This document shows positions 39,975 to 50,036 of a stretch of 64,000 nucleotides of DNA, piece after piece (position 1 is the first letter of the stretch; each line of letters opens with the position of its first letter). A program made the translations under genes and the position numbers. The stretch is from Candidatus Obscuribacteraceae bacterium (lineage in GTDB: Bacteria > Cyanobacteriota > Vampirovibrionia > Obscuribacterales > Obscuribacteraceae), in contig JBGASG010000012.1 in the NCBI GenBank assembly GCA_044229845.1, positions 63,538 through 127,537 of the forward strand, given 5' to 3'. A model generated the notes under the pieces. The model was not told the DNA's origin. It ran no database searches and was given only the letters and a program-made list of their open reading frames with translations.

Positions 39975-40567
39975 TGCAAATCCTCCGGCTTCACGTAATA
40001 AACAAAAAATGTCGCACTGTCATACCCAACCGGAAGCGGCTTGCCAATGCCTTTTTCTGGTGCTGGAATATCGGAGAAGTTGCGTTGCAGAGAAACTGCA
40101 ATCGGCTTGCGTCCGGCGTGATAGAAAAGGCGAGCCACGTAACGTGCCATATCCGGCCAGAGTCCACGGTCATCGTCTTTGTAGACGTTGTCCAGGGCGT
40201 ATTTTCGATAGCGCTCTTTCTGCATGCGGTCCCACAGACTCAATCTATCGAGTCGCGGATAGGCAAAGTACTGGGAAGACCCGTCAGCGAAGGTCACCAC
40301 TGCCGAGATGTAGATATTCGATTCACGCGGCTCCGGAGAAAACACCGCGAAGTTTTGCCAGAGCGCCGGATAGTCCAGAACCGGCGAAACCAGCTTGATC
40401 AGCCGATTGCGCGGCGGCGATTCCGGTCCCATTTGCACAAGCAGCGCAAACGCGTAGGCGATTATGCACACCGAGAACACGGTGCGGAAGACCTTTCCGG
40501 GTACCTTTGGCTTTGCTTCCACCTGTGCGCCTGATAGTGCGAAACGAGCATGTCTACTGATGTTCAT
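39971..40567 (-). CDS. DUF5819/SdpA-like partner of HTTM, copy 2
   Basis: LWQNFAVFSPEP, SAVVTFADGS, ERYRKY; GTGA overlap with the HTTM gene. Start uncertain. Confidence 0.78.
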   Translation of the reverse strand: MNISRHARFALSGAQVEAKPKVPGKVFRTVFSVCIIAYAFALLVQMGPESPPRNRLIKLVSPVLDYPALWQNFAVFSPEPRESNIYISAVVTFADGSSQYFAYPRLDRLSLWDRMQKERYRKYALDNVYKDDDRGLWPDMARYVARLFYHAGRKPIAVSLQRNFSDIPAPEKGIGKPLPVGYDSATFFVYYVKPEDLQ

Positions 40568-40708
40568 GCCACACCAGCAGCCTCAACAAACCGCCCCATC
40601 GGCACGTGAACCGCCCCGCAAGCCATTATCAGCCGGAGGACGTAGGGACTTCCGTCGGCATCCGCTACCCATTCATTTTAGCTACTATTCTTTACAGTAT
40701 CCACCTCG

Positions 40709-40764
40709 AAAAAGAAAAAAGAGGGTGAGAAACGCGCGGGACGGCTGTCGCCGCGCGTTTCTCA
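40709..40764 (-). terminator. Probable terminator downstream of cdd
   Basis: 14-bp stem tgagaaacgcgcgg / ccgcgcgtttctca with an A-rich run on its left (U-tract on minus strand). Confidence 0.65.
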
Positions 40765-40832
40765 ATGCGCCAATTATCGAGCATTTTCATGCTCAAAGAA
40801 ACGCGCACACCCCGTCAACGGACAGCGACCGC

Positions 40833-41327
40833 TCAGTGCGAGTGGTTGTGCGATCCGCGGACGCTGGCCAACACCTCTTCGATCGGGAAGGGCTGGGGAA
40901 TCAGCTTGCCGAGCGGCTTGCAGAGAACGGGTCCCTGTTCGCCTTCGGCGCCGTAACCGATCACGTGCATGGTGAAGCCGAATTCCGAGAGGAACTGGCG
41001 ACAGTTGCAGCACGGCCACGGGTCGGTGCCCTTGGGGGCGTAGACGGCGATCGCCTTGATGAAGTTGAACTGCGTCAAGCCAGCCGCCTCGGCGCGCTTC
41101 AGGGCACCATTGGCGATGGCATTGCAGACAGCCACTTCTTCGGCGTGCACCGTTTGCGAGTAGCCCGCGTTCTCGACGTTGCAGCCGACGTAGATCTCGC
41201 CGTTCCAGAGGAGAACGGCGGCGCCGACGTTGTACTGCGAGTAGGGACGGTACGCGTTTTCAGCCGCTTCCTTGGCACGCGCAATCAGGCCGCGATAGGA
41301 CGCTTCGGTCTTGCGTGACAATCTCAT
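40833..41327 (-). CDS. cdd: Cytidine deaminase
   Basis: AYRPYS..VGAA..GCNVENA, HAE and PCxxCRQ..EF zinc motifs. Start set to ATG 41327. Confidence 0.92.
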   Translation of the reverse strand: MRLSRKTEASYRGLIARAKEAAENAYRPYSQYNVGAAVLLWNGEIYVGCNVENAGYSQTVHAEEVAVCNAIANGALKRAEAAGLTQFNFIKAIAVYAPKGTDPWPCCNCRQFLSEFGFTMHVIGYGAEGEQGPVLCKPLGKLIPQPFPIEEVLASVRGSHNHSH

Positions 41328-41486
41328 GGTTTGGTCTCTGCCGCGTGTGCGAATCGCTGGCATTATATACCTGCCGGCGGAGGGCAGATGTGCCGCTCAG
41401 CCGACGTGTATGAGTTTGCATTGCAACACCCGCACCGGTGCTGCCGAATAGGTTTGAGGGCGCCAGGTGTTACAACCCGGCGCCCT

Positions 41487-41513
41487 CGTAGACGTAGACG
41501 TAGACGTAGACGT
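41487..41513. repeat. (CGTAGA)4.5 microsatellite next to a GC-rich hairpin
   Basis: cgtaga x4 + cgt; adjacent stem gagggcgcc..ggcgccctc (about 41457-41487), just downstream of the 41519-42370 gene. Confidence 0.85.
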
Positions 41514-41518
41514 GATGC

Positions 41519-42370
41519 TCAGACCCAGGCGTCGATGTCGGTGGCCGCCTGCCGGACGGTGTGGTTGAAGTACACGCTCCAGTTGTGAACCCGGAAACCG
41601 TGTGTCTTCTCCACGTACTCGGCAAGCACGGCCTGGATCTCGGCGGCACTGATGCAGGAGGCGGAGACCGCCTTCTTCTTCCAGGGCCAGACGATGCGAT
41701 CCTCGACCTCGACTTTGTAGCGGCGCCCTTCCGGCGTGATCGTGGCGTAGATGGCGCCGCGACCGTCGTCGGTGTGGAACCAGATGGACAGGCTGTCGGC
41801 GTTCTTGCTGGTTGGTCCCCAGGCAAGAGCGCGTTCGACAACGCCGGCGACGAAGCCCTCGAGCTCCGTATCCGTCGTTCTGAACATCGGGAGCGTGAAC
41901 CGCCCCTGTGGTTTGCCGCGAGTCTCATCCAGCGCGCACTGGGCGAAGCTGGATGTGCGATAGCTGAGCCGGTTGATACTCAGCTCGACGTTCGGGAAGT
42001 GCTCCCCGAGCGCCCGCGCCAGCATCTCCTGAGCCTCGGTGAGGCTGCCCGCCTGGAAGTGGGTGACCACCTCCGACGGGTCGGGGATGCTGGTCAAGAC
42101 GGACATGCCGGTGACGCGTTCGACGCGCACGTTGTACAGTCCGTCCTGCTCTTCCGCGAATACCTGCAAGTTGAACTCCGAGCGCACCTCGGCCGACCGG
42201 AAAAGTCCGGACGCACCGAGACCAGCCAGGAGCGCAGGGCTCATGGCGCGCTCCGCAGAGGGCACCACGATGTCGGGTCCGCCGCCGGTGAGCTGAATGG
42301 TCAGCCCGCCTTTGGACGGTTCCCGCGCCAGCAGGTCGAAAGAGACTTTAGCGATAGTTTGGTTGTCCAT
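41519..42370 (-). CDS. Hypothetical protein
   Basis: 283 aa; ggaggt RBS; high-GC codon usage; no motif recognised. Confidence 0.7.
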   Translation of the reverse strand: MDNQTIAKVSFDLLAREPSKGGLTIQLTGGGPDIVVPSAERAMSPALLAGLGASGLFRSAEVRSEFNLQVFAEEQDGLYNVRVERVTGMSVLTSIPDPSEVVTHFQAGSLTEAQEMLARALGEHFPNVELSINRLSYRTSSFAQCALDETRGKPQGRFTLPMFRTTDTELEGFVAGVVERALAWGPTSKNADSLSIWFHTDDGRGAIYATITPEGRRYKVEVEDRIVWPWKKKAVSASCISAAEIQAVLAEYVEKTHGFRVHNWSVYFNHTVRQAATDIDAWV

Positions 42371-42782
42371 TCCGTACTACCTCCGCCGCCGCACCTCAAT
42401 CGTGCGGGGGCTATGGGTTGAGTAGTCGAGCGCGCCATGCGCACGCCGGCGGGCGAATGAAGCCCGTCCGACGTGCACATGCACGCGCCATGAAGTGGGG
42501 CACTTGCATGCCCCAACCACCTCGCCCCGAGCAGCGCAATCTGTCGCTGTCCGGGTTTTGTCGGCGGCTCGCCAGCCACTGGCACGGCGCAATCTGGACA
42601 GATTGCGCACGCACCAGCAAGCGGACAAGCCGTCGAACCAGCAGTTGCAAAACCAGTGCTGGATTCAACGAACTGAGTTCGCGAATGGTCCAGCAATCCG
42701 GCCTGGCAAAATAAGCACCGGGTCTTGCGACCCTAACTCCTGCCCTCAAGTCGTCCGTAGTGCGACTTGCCTTGCAAGAGCG

Positions 42783-44606
42783 TCAGATGAGCGCTTCGAA
42801 CTGGTCGAGAAGGTCGTTGAACTCGTCCAGCGCAAGCTGGATCGGAGCCGGCGTCGAAAGGTCCACGCCCGCCGCACGCAGCAGGTTGATGGAGTAATCC
42901 GACGAACCGGAGGACAGGAACTTCAGGTACCGCTGCACGGCCGGCTCGCCCTCGGTGATGATCTGCCGCGCGAGCGCGGTAGCCGCCGAGATGCCGGTCG
43001 CATATTGGTACACGTAGAAGTTCCGGTAGAAGTGCGGGATGCGCGCCCACTCGTCCTCGATGATCTGGTCGACGTGGCACACCTTCCCGTAGTACTTGTC
43101 GTTCAGCTCCTTGTGCAGCGCGCAGAGCACATCCGCGGTCAGCGGCTTGCCTTCCTCGACGAGGGCGTGCGCCCGCATCTCGAACTCGGCAAACAGCGTC
43201 TGGCGGAAGAGCGTCGTGCGGAAGCCTTCCAGAGCGTGGTTGATGATGTACTTGCGCCGCTCCGGGTCCTTCTCGACCTTGAGCAGGTAGTGCGTCATCA
43301 GCGCTTCGTTGCAGGTGCTGGCGATCTCAGCCAGGAAGAGCGTGTAGCCGCTGTAGTGGAACGGCTGCGTCTTGCGGCTGAAGTAGCTGTGCATCGAGTG
43401 ACCCGACTCGTGACCCAGCGTGTACGCCGTGTCGAGCGAATCGAACCAGTTCATGAGCATGTACGGCGGGGTGCCGAAGCTGCCGCCGCTGTAGGCGCCG
43501 GAAGCCTTGCCCTTGTTCTCGCGCACGTCCACCCAGCGGGAGGCGTACCCGGCGCGCAGGGCGTCGCAGTACTCCTTGCCGAGCGGTGCCACCGCGGCCA
43601 GCACCATCTCCTGCGCCTGCTCCCAGGTCACCTTCCACTCGACGCTCGGCACCAGCGGAACGTAGAGGTCCCACATGTGCAGCTCGTCGACGCCGAGGAT
43701 CTTCTTGCGAAGCTCCAGGTAGCGGTGGAGGCGCGGCAGGTTCTTGTCGACGGTGTCGACCAGCGACGTGTAGACGCTGACCGGCAGGTTGATCCCGCCG
43801 ACAGCCGCCTCGAGCGCGCTGGGCCAGCGCCGGATCTTGGCGCCGATCACCGCATCGTGGACGTTGGTCCCGTAGAGCGACGCCATCGTGTTGCGCAGCG
43901 CCTTGTAGGACCCCATCATCGCCTCGAACGCACGCTGGCGCTCACCGCGATTCTGGCTGTCCAGGAAGAAGCCGCCGTAGTTGCCCTGCGTCAGCGCCTT
44001 CATCTCGCCGTTGTCGAGCTTGACCTCGGGTAGCACCATGTCGGCGTCGCAGAGCGCGTCGTAGGCTTCGCCGACGCCGGAACGGACGGGCGACAGAGCC
44101 GCCAGCACTTCCTCGACCTCGGGCGAACGCACGTGTGCGCGGTGCGCCATCGTCTCCTCGAGGTCGTGGCGGAATGCCTCGAGCCCAGGAGCGGTGCGGA
44201 ACATCTGCTCGAGCTTCTCGGGCTTGATGGTGAGCAGTTCGGGCGTCACCCACGACATGGCGGCGCCGATCTTGGCACCGATCTGCCGCATGCGCTTGAT
44301 CAGCCCCTGGAAGTGGCTGTTGGCGGTGTCCTCGTCACCCTTCATGCTGGCGTAGACGTGGAGCTTGTACCACACCGGATACAGCTCGTTCTGCAGGTTG
44401 AGGAAGGCCAGGAGGCTCTTGCCGCTGCGCTTGAGCTTGCCCTTGAAGGCGACCAGCTCCGGGTAGCGGCTCTCGATCATGGCGAACGCGGTTTCCCAGT
44501 CCGCCTCGGTGGCGAAGATCTGGGTCAGGTCCCAGGTCTCGTTGACCGGGATGTCGCTGCGAGCCGGCAATGCTGCGGGCGTAGCTGTTGCTGTGGATTC
44601 ACTCAT
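42783..44606 (-). CDS. pepF: Oligoendopeptidase F (M3B)
   Basis: WDLTQIF, GKASGAYS, HESGHSMH, AEIASTCNE, RQTLFAEFE, WARIPHFY..YVYQYATG. Start set to ATG 44606. Confidence 0.95.
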   Translation of the reverse strand: MSESTATATPAALPARSDIPVNETWDLTQIFATEADWETAFAMIESRYPELVAFKGKLKRSGKSLLAFLNLQNELYPVWYKLHVYASMKGDEDTANSHFQGLIKRMRQIGAKIGAAMSWVTPELLTIKPEKLEQMFRTAPGLEAFRHDLEETMAHRAHVRSPEVEEVLAALSPVRSGVGEAYDALCDADMVLPEVKLDNGEMKALTQGNYGGFFLDSQNRGERQRAFEAMMGSYKALRNTMASLYGTNVHDAVIGAKIRRWPSALEAAVGGINLPVSVYTSLVDTVDKNLPRLHRYLELRKKILGVDELHMWDLYVPLVPSVEWKVTWEQAQEMVLAAVAPLGKEYCDALRAGYASRWVDVRENKGKASGAYSGGSFGTPPYMLMNWFDSLDTAYTLGHESGHSMHSYFSRKTQPFHYSGYTLFLAEIASTCNEALMTHYLLKVEKDPERRKYIINHALEGFRTTLFRQTLFAEFEMRAHALVEEGKPLTADVLCALHKELNDKYYGKVCHVDQIIEDEWARIPHFYRNFYVYQYATGISAATALARQIITEGEPAVQRYLKFLSSGSSDYSINLLRAAGVDLSTPAPIQLALDEFNDLLDQFEALI

Positions 44607-45344
44607 CTTGGAACCTTTCGTTATCAACGTTGATCCAAATGCTGCCCGGAGAGCCCGGTGCAGCATGCGTGGTGTCTATTCGCCAGTGCATGACCGCCCT
44701 CGTAGTTCGACCCCCTGTAGTTTGCAGGAGACGAAACGCGCGAAATAGAAACGGAGTTCTGGTTTCGGTACGGGGTGCAGTGATGAGGTGGGGAACAGAC
44801 AGGACCGCCATGCTAACAATCGGATGTCAACGTTTTCGAGTGCTGAAGCCGATGCTATGAGGCTTCTTATATTCTGTTTCTATTATCCATCGCACAAGTG
44901 GACTTGGTGGAAGGTCGCGCCAATACAAGTTAGCGGGAAGCGAAGTAGTTTCGCGAACGCGGGTGCGATGGATGACTTGGTCTATTACGCAAGAGAGATC
45001 CCGCTCTAGTGCGCGATGTGAATCGCGAGCGTACTTGCAAAGAGATTTGCGAGCTTGCGTGATCTGTTGCGCGAGTACTTTCGCGAAAGTATACGCCCGA
45101 AACACTCCGTAATACTGCCTCGACGCCGGTTTTCAAGATGGCACGCGCTGCGCAAATTGTCGCGCCCGCAAGTGCCGACCTGGTGCGGACTCGATGCCTG
45201 GTAAAAGGTGCGCACCTCATGACAATCACGGTAATCCGGGAGCTTTTACCAGGTGGCGATCGGCACTACCCCTCGAGGGCGCGCAGCCGTTTCTGGTGCG
45301 ACTTTGCGGTAAACTTGGCGATCCGTTCGTATAGGAGAAGATCC

Positions 45345-45515
45345 ATGTACAAATCCGAATCCGAGCAAATGCTGCGGCGCGCCATGGAAGACGCCGGCTG
45401 CCCAGCCAACACGTTCACCGATCAGCAAATTGAAGCGCTTGCCGAAGCCATGCGCAAAATCGCCGCCCGCATCACCGAAGAAGCGCTCTCCATGTACAGA
45501 CCGCCGCGGTCTTAG
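45345..45515 (+). CDS. Small helical hypothetical protein (56 aa)
   Basis: aggag RBS before ATG; MYKSESEQMLRRAMEDAG..FTDQQIEALAEAMRKIAARITEEAL. Confidence 0.65.
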   Translation: MYKSESEQMLRRAMEDAGCPANTFTDQQIEALAEAMRKIAARITEEALSMYRPPRS

Positions 45516-45578
45516 TTTCACCGCCGGCCGTCCTGGTTTCATCCCTAAGCAAAATAGTTCGAAAGAAGAATCATCATC

Positions 45579-46760
45579 ATGCCTAGCACAATGTCCCTAT
45601 TGGATCAGTCCAAAGAACTGCAAGCCGAAATCATTGAAGTGCGGCGCCATCTGCACCAGTACCCCGAATTGAGCTTCGAAGAAGTGGAAACTTCCAAGCT
45701 GGCCGCAGAACGCCTCAAAGAATTGGGTTATGCCATCAAATCCGGTATCGCCGGCACTGGTATCACCGCCGATATCGGATCCGGTGCCCGCACCATTGCC
45801 ATTCGCGCCGACATGGATGCCCTGCCGGTCGATGAAGCCAAAGACAGACCATACAGATCCAAACGCGAAGGCGTCATGCACGCCTGCGGACACGATGCCC
45901 ACGTCTCCTCGGCGCTGGCCGCCGCCAAGCTGCTCGCCCGCGAAGAAACCCTGCCCGGGCGCGTCCGCATCATCATGCAACCGGCTGAAGAAGATGTCGA
46001 TGAAGAAGGCTGGTCCGGTGCCTACCGAATGATCGAACAGGGCGCCATGGAAGGCGTGGACGCCGTCATCGGATTGCACATGGACGCATCGATTCCCGCC
46101 GGCAAAGTGGCCATCATGCACGGACCGGTCATGGCTGCCGCCGATGGTTTCCGCATCACGATCAAAGGACAGGGCGGGCACGGCGCGTACCCGGAAGCGA
46201 CCATCGACGCCGTCGTGATTGCAGCGCAAATCGTGCAGGCGATTCAGCAAATCGTCTCGCGCCGCATTCCCGCCATCGAACCGGCGGTGGTCACCATCGG
46301 TTCGATTCACAGCTCCAGCATTCGCGGCAACGTCATTTCCGACCGCGTCGAGTTGTTGGGCACCATCCGCAGTTTCAACGAAGACATCCGCAAGAAACTA
46401 ATTAAAGAAGTCGACCGCGTGTGCTCCATGGCTAAAGCCCTGGGCGGCGACTATGAGACCGAATATGAAATGGGCTACCCGGCTACCGTCAACGAACCGC
46501 GGATCACCGAAGTGATGCGCAAAGCCGCCGTCGACACAATCGGAGCTGAAAACGTCATCGCCGTGCCCCTCAAGACCTGGGCGGAAGACTTCTCGATGCT
46601 GGCGCAAGCGGCACCGGGATGCTTCATGTTTTTGGGCGGCGAGATTGCCGGCGACAGGCGCGCTCACCACAGCCCCACCTTCGATCTCGATGAAAGCGGG
46701 CTGCACATCGGTCCGGCCATTCTGGCAGAGACTGCACGACGCTTGCTTCTCGAAAGCTAG
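45579..46760 (+). CDS. M20D amidohydrolase
   Basis: RHLHQYPELSFEE, RADMDAL, MHACGHDAH, QPAEE, GGHGA.P, AEDFS, HHSPTF. Confidence 0.93.
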   Translation: MPSTMSLLDQSKELQAEIIEVRRHLHQYPELSFEEVETSKLAAERLKELGYAIKSGIAGTGITADIGSGARTIAIRADMDALPVDEAKDRPYRSKREGVMHACGHDAHVSSALAAAKLLAREETLPGRVRIIMQPAEEDVDEEGWSGAYRMIEQGAMEGVDAVIGLHMDASIPAGKVAIMHGPVMAAADGFRITIKGQGGHGAYPEATIDAVVIAAQIVQAIQQIVSRRIPAIEPAVVTIGSIHSSSIRGNVISDRVELLGTIRSFNEDIRKKLIKEVDRVCSMAKALGGDYETEYEMGYPATVNEPRITEVMRKAAVDTIGAENVIAVPLKTWAEDFSMLAQAAPGCFMFLGGEIAGDRRAHHSPTFDLDESGLHIGPAILAETARRLLLES

Positions 46761-46773
46761 TAGGGAATCACTG

Positions 46774-47337
46774 ATGTTGCACCGTATGCAGTACCAACTG
46801 GCAGCGACCGGGCTGATGTTGGCGCTGGCGATGCCGTTTCTGGGCGGATGCACCACCTCCGGTTCGCCGGAAGATGGGGACTCGAAGTGGGTGAGCGTAC
46901 CCAAGCTATCCGCCAACACGATTCAGCTGGACGAGGGACACAACTCCGCCAGCGGCGGCGACTCCGTACCCTACGTGATTGACGCCACCAGTGCGTTATC
47001 CGTTGATCCCAACGGCTACACGGTGCCCATCTTGCCCGGCACCGGCATCTCGGAACCCAATTGCATGCATCTGACGCGCGGAACCGACTTCTACTTCCGC
47101 ATCCCGTGGGACGGTCACAAACCGGTGACTCTCTCGACGGCAACACTGACAAACTTGAAGGACAAAGCGCCGTTCCCCGGCTTCAAGCCCGGCGAGTACT
47201 GGATACTCGGCATCGGCAAAGATAAGGGCGACAAGGATATTCAGCTGCAAGTCATGTGGGCGGCGACGATCAAGGTATTGGACAAGCCGCCTCAGAAAAA
47301 GGGCGCAAAACCGGCGACGCACAGTGGAAGAAATTGA
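46774..47337 (+). CDS. Putative lipoprotein
   Basis: Hydrophobic leader with lipobox LGG|C; fills the gap between operon-like neighbours. Confidence 0.7.
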   Translation: MLHRMQYQLAATGLMLALAMPFLGGCTTSGSPEDGDSKWVSVPKLSANTIQLDEGHNSASGGDSVPYVIDATSALSVDPNGYTVPILPGTGISEPNCMHLTRGTDFYFRIPWDGHKPVTLSTATLTNLKDKAPFPGFKPGEYWILGIGKDKGDKDIQLQVMWAATIKVLDKPPQKKGAKPATHSGRN

Positions 47338-48277
47338 ACGATATCGCGGCTGCCTGCTAGGACTGGCCAGCGGTGACGCGGTCGGGACGACTCTGGAATT
47401 TAAGAAGCCGGGGACCTTCGAGCCAATCGATGATCTGGTGGGCGGCGGTCCGTTTGCTCTGCCCGCCGGACATTGGACTGACGACACGTCCATGGCGCTG
47501 TGCCTGGCGGAAAGCCTGGTCGAACGCCAGCGCTTCGATGCCAAAGACCAGCTTGAGCGCTATGTGCGCTGGTGGAAGGACGGGTACTTGAGCAGCACCG
47601 GCGAGTGTTTCGACATCGGCGGCACCACCAAGCGAGCACTCGCGCACTTTCAAATCACCGGCGACCCCTTCTCGGGGCGTGACGACGAACGCTCGGCAGG
47701 AAACGGAGCCATCATGCGCCTGGCGCCCGTACCGATGTTTTACGCTAGACAATCGACGCTGGCCATAACCGAATCGGGACAGAGCTCGCGCACCACCCAT
47801 GGTGCTTTGCTCTGCATAGACGCGTGCCGCTATTTCGGCGCTTTAATCGCCGGCGTCCTTTCTGGTGCCGGAAAGGACGAACTGCTGTCCGAGATGTACA
47901 GCCCCGTTGCCGGATACTTCGACCAGAACCCGCTTGCCGACCCAATTGCCGCCATCGCACGTGGGTCGTTCAAGCAAAAGGAGCCGCCCCAGATCCGCGG
48001 CACCGGTTTCGTAGTCGACTCGCTGGAAGCCGCGCTCTGGGCTTTTCACAAGAGCGAAGACTTTCGGCACGGCTGTTTGCTGGCAGTTAATTTAGGCGAT
48101 GACGCCGACACGACCGGCGCGGTCTACGGGCAGATTGCCGGCGCCTATTATGGCGAGCACGGCATCCCCGAATCATGGCGCCTCAAGCTGGCGATGCGCG
48201 ACCGCATCGAAACTCTGGCGACGCGCCTGTACGAGCTGGCGGCCTGCTCTTCGTCACCCTACTTCGAACAAATGTAG
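47324..48277 (+). CDS. ADP-ribosylglycohydrolase family protein
   Basis: [36 protein letters not shown]. Confidence 0.93.
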   Translation: MEEIERYRGCLLGLASGDAVGTTLEFKKPGTFEPIDDLVGGGPFALPAGHWTDDTSMALCLAESLVERQRFDAKDQLERYVRWWKDGYLSSTGECFDIGGTTKRALAHFQITGDPFSGRDDERSAGNGAIMRLAPVPMFYARQSTLAITESGQSSRTTHGALLCIDACRYFGALIAGVLSGAGKDELLSEMYSPVAGYFDQNPLADPIAAIARGSFKQKEPPQIRGTGFVVDSLEAALWAFHKSEDFRHGCLLAVNLGDDADTTGAVYGQIAGAYYGEHGIPESWRLKLAMRDRIETLATRLYELAACSSSPYFEQM

Positions 48278-48342
48278 CCGGTCCCGCCCCTACGTCATTC
48301 CGGGAGCCCGTGATATTTTGGCGCCAGAACATCACGGGCTGA

Positions 48343-48439
48343 TCGAAGCCCGCTTCTGTCAAGTTTTCGGCGGGATCAGTTGACAAAACCCCGGTCGAAG
48401 CCCGCATCTGTCAAGTTTTCGGCGGGATAAGATGACAAA
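48343..48439. repeat. Tandem 45-bp repeat, 52-bp period, with TGTCAA-N17-TTGACA core
   Basis: tcgaagcccgcttctgtcaagttttcggcgggatcagttgacaaa vs tcgaagcccgcatctgtcaagttttcggcgggataagatgacaaa (3 mismatches). Confidence 0.9.
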
Positions 48440-48474
48440 TTTATTGCTATCTGCTGTAGTATAACGAGGCAAAC

Positions 48475-48540
48475 AAAAAAGAGTGCCGGCCGCAGTTCCC
48501 AGAAGGCTCTCGCCTGCCAGAATCCTGCGACCGTGCATTC
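48475..48540 (-). terminator. Probable terminator of the 50036-48554 gene run
   Basis: Imperfect stem gagtgccggccgcag / ctgcgaccgtgcattc, followed on the minus strand by T6. Confidence 0.5.
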
Positions 48541-48553
48541 TAGATTGCTCAGC

Positions 48554-48895
48554 CTAGCTGGCGCCGGCGGCGTTGTCGTTGCCGTCACTCGCCTTCTTCT
48601 TGGGCTGCATGACGACGAAGAACGCGAAGCCGCTGACGAAGGTGCAGAGCACCAGCGACACGGCCCACGACCACATGTGAGGCAGTCCGACTTGGACGAG
48701 CAAGCCGGTGAGCGCGGGCACGAGGAACGCGCCGCATCCCCAGCCGATGAACAACACCGCCAGCGCGAGCGGCCAGTACTTGCCGAGGCTGCCGTAGCGC
48801 GCCTCAACCAGTTTGCTGACCAGTCCACCGCCGATGAACGAGGCACCGGCGATGGCGAGGGGCAGCAGGTCTGCGATTTCCGGATCGACTTGCAT
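48554..48895 (-). CDS. Small three-TM membrane protein
   Basis: ggag RBS before ATG 48895 (MQVDPEIAD..); three hydrophobic segments. Confidence 0.7.
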   Translation of the reverse strand: MQVDPEIADLLPLAIAGASFIGGGLVSKLVEARYGSLGKYWPLALAVLFIGWGCGAFLVPALTGLLVQVGLPHMWSWAVSLVLCTFVSGFAFFVVMQPKKKASDGNDNAAGAS

Positions 48896-48935
48896 GAGAG
48901 TTTCTCCAGGTTGTGCGGACTTCTGACGACCAGCG

Positions 48936-49367
48936 TCAGAAGCCGGCTGCGAAAGTGCGGTCGTATTCCACCCAGACGCGGAACGAACCATCGTCGTCCG
49001 GATACGGGTTGATCTCGAACTTGACGCCTCGACCAGCCAGCGAGTCGCGGGCTTTCTCGAGTTCATCCGGTGTGGGGAATTTCCGGATGCGCGAGTTCGT
49101 GCCTGGCGCGATGGTGCCTTTGCAGGTGTTGCGCTCCAGGTCCTCGAGAAGCTTCGCCGTCCACGACTGCGTTGCGGCAGGCGCGGCGGCGGAGGTAGCA
49201 TTCGCACGCCGCAGGGCAGTGCGAATTTCGTCGTAGGCGCCGTTCACATGCAACCACAGCATGCTGCGGTCGAGGAGCGGGGGTGTGCGTTCGACGAAGT
49301 TCGGATTGACGATCAGCCGCATGTAGGGCACGCGGGTGGGCAATCCGATTTCGGGTGCGTGTAGCAT
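48936..49367 (-). CDS. Hypothetical protein
   Basis: 143 aa; aagaagga RBS; co-directional and closely spaced with both neighbours. Confidence 0.7.
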   Translation of the reverse strand: MLHAPEIGLPTRVPYMRLIVNPNFVERTPPLLDRSMLWLHVNGAYDEIRTALRRANATSAAAPAATQSWTAKLLEDLERNTCKGTIAPGTNSRIRKFPTPDELEKARDSLAGRGVKFEINPYPDDDGSFRVWVEYDRTFAAGF

Positions 49368-49406
49368 TGGGACGTTTCCTTCTTGTTTTTCAGTCCACCC
49401 GACCGC

Positions 49407-50036
49407 TCATGCGGAATCGGGCAGGCTGCTGAGCACTTCCAGCGCCCGCTGCGGGTCGCGGAATTCCTCAGGACCGAGGTGAATTGCCGAAGCCGGGACA
49501 TCGCCGCCGGGGAGGACATTGCACAGCCCGAGATTCGCCGCGTCGAGCAGCGAACACGAGACCGCCTTGCCATCGAGCAGCGCCCGGGCAAGCTTCTCCA
49601 GAGCGGTGAGATTCGTCTTGTCGTGAGCCCGCAGCGCAACGTTCTTGCCGCTGTTGTCGGCGAACGTCACGGTGCACCCTGGCGTTTCTTCCATGGTGAC
49701 TGCGAACACCGACACGTCATCCGGGTGAGCCGGGTTGACGATGACGATCTTGCCGCTGCCGATGCCGCGCGCCTTGGCGGTATCGCTCCAGTCGACGTCG
49801 AACCCGTAGACGCCGCCATCCCGCGAGGGTCTGGAGTCGTTGGTCTCGGTGGATTGAACGAGATCGCCGTCGACCGACAGGACATAGTCGCGATCGGCGA
49901 TGAAGCCGACGTACATGCCCGCGTCGGCGGCGCAAGAGACGGTGCCGCTCATGCCGCGGAAGCCTTCGCCGCGGTTGTAGAGGCGAGTCGTGTGGTCAAC
50001 GGCGCCGACGATGTTGATGCTGAATTTGTCGTTCAT
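49407..50036 (-). CDS. Hypothetical protein
   Basis: ggag RBS before ATG 50036 (MNDKFSINIVG..); 209 aa; AT-rich upstream region. Confidence 0.65.
   Translation of the reverse strand: MNDKFSINIVGAVDHTTRLYNRGEGFRGMSGTVSCAADAGMYVGFIADRDYVLSVDGDLVQSTETNDSRPSRDGGVYGFDVDWSDTAKARGIGSGKIVIVNPAHPDDVSVFAVTMEETPGCTVTFADNSGKNVALRAHDKTNLTALEKLARALLDGKAVSCSLLDAANLGLCNVLPGGDVPASAIHLGPEEFRDPQRALEVLSSLPDSA

Noticed and set aside
42495..44033. 512-aa plus-strand ORF
   Set aside because: Antisense shadow of high-GC pepF with no motifs.
44780..45230. Short overlapping ORFs or a pseudogene between pepF and the 56-aa gene
   Set aside because: No RBS, motif or consistent frame that I can support.
48343..48439. 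Possible mini-CRISPR array
   Set aside because: Only two units, a gap of about 7 bp rather than a unique spacer, and no cas genes in the window.
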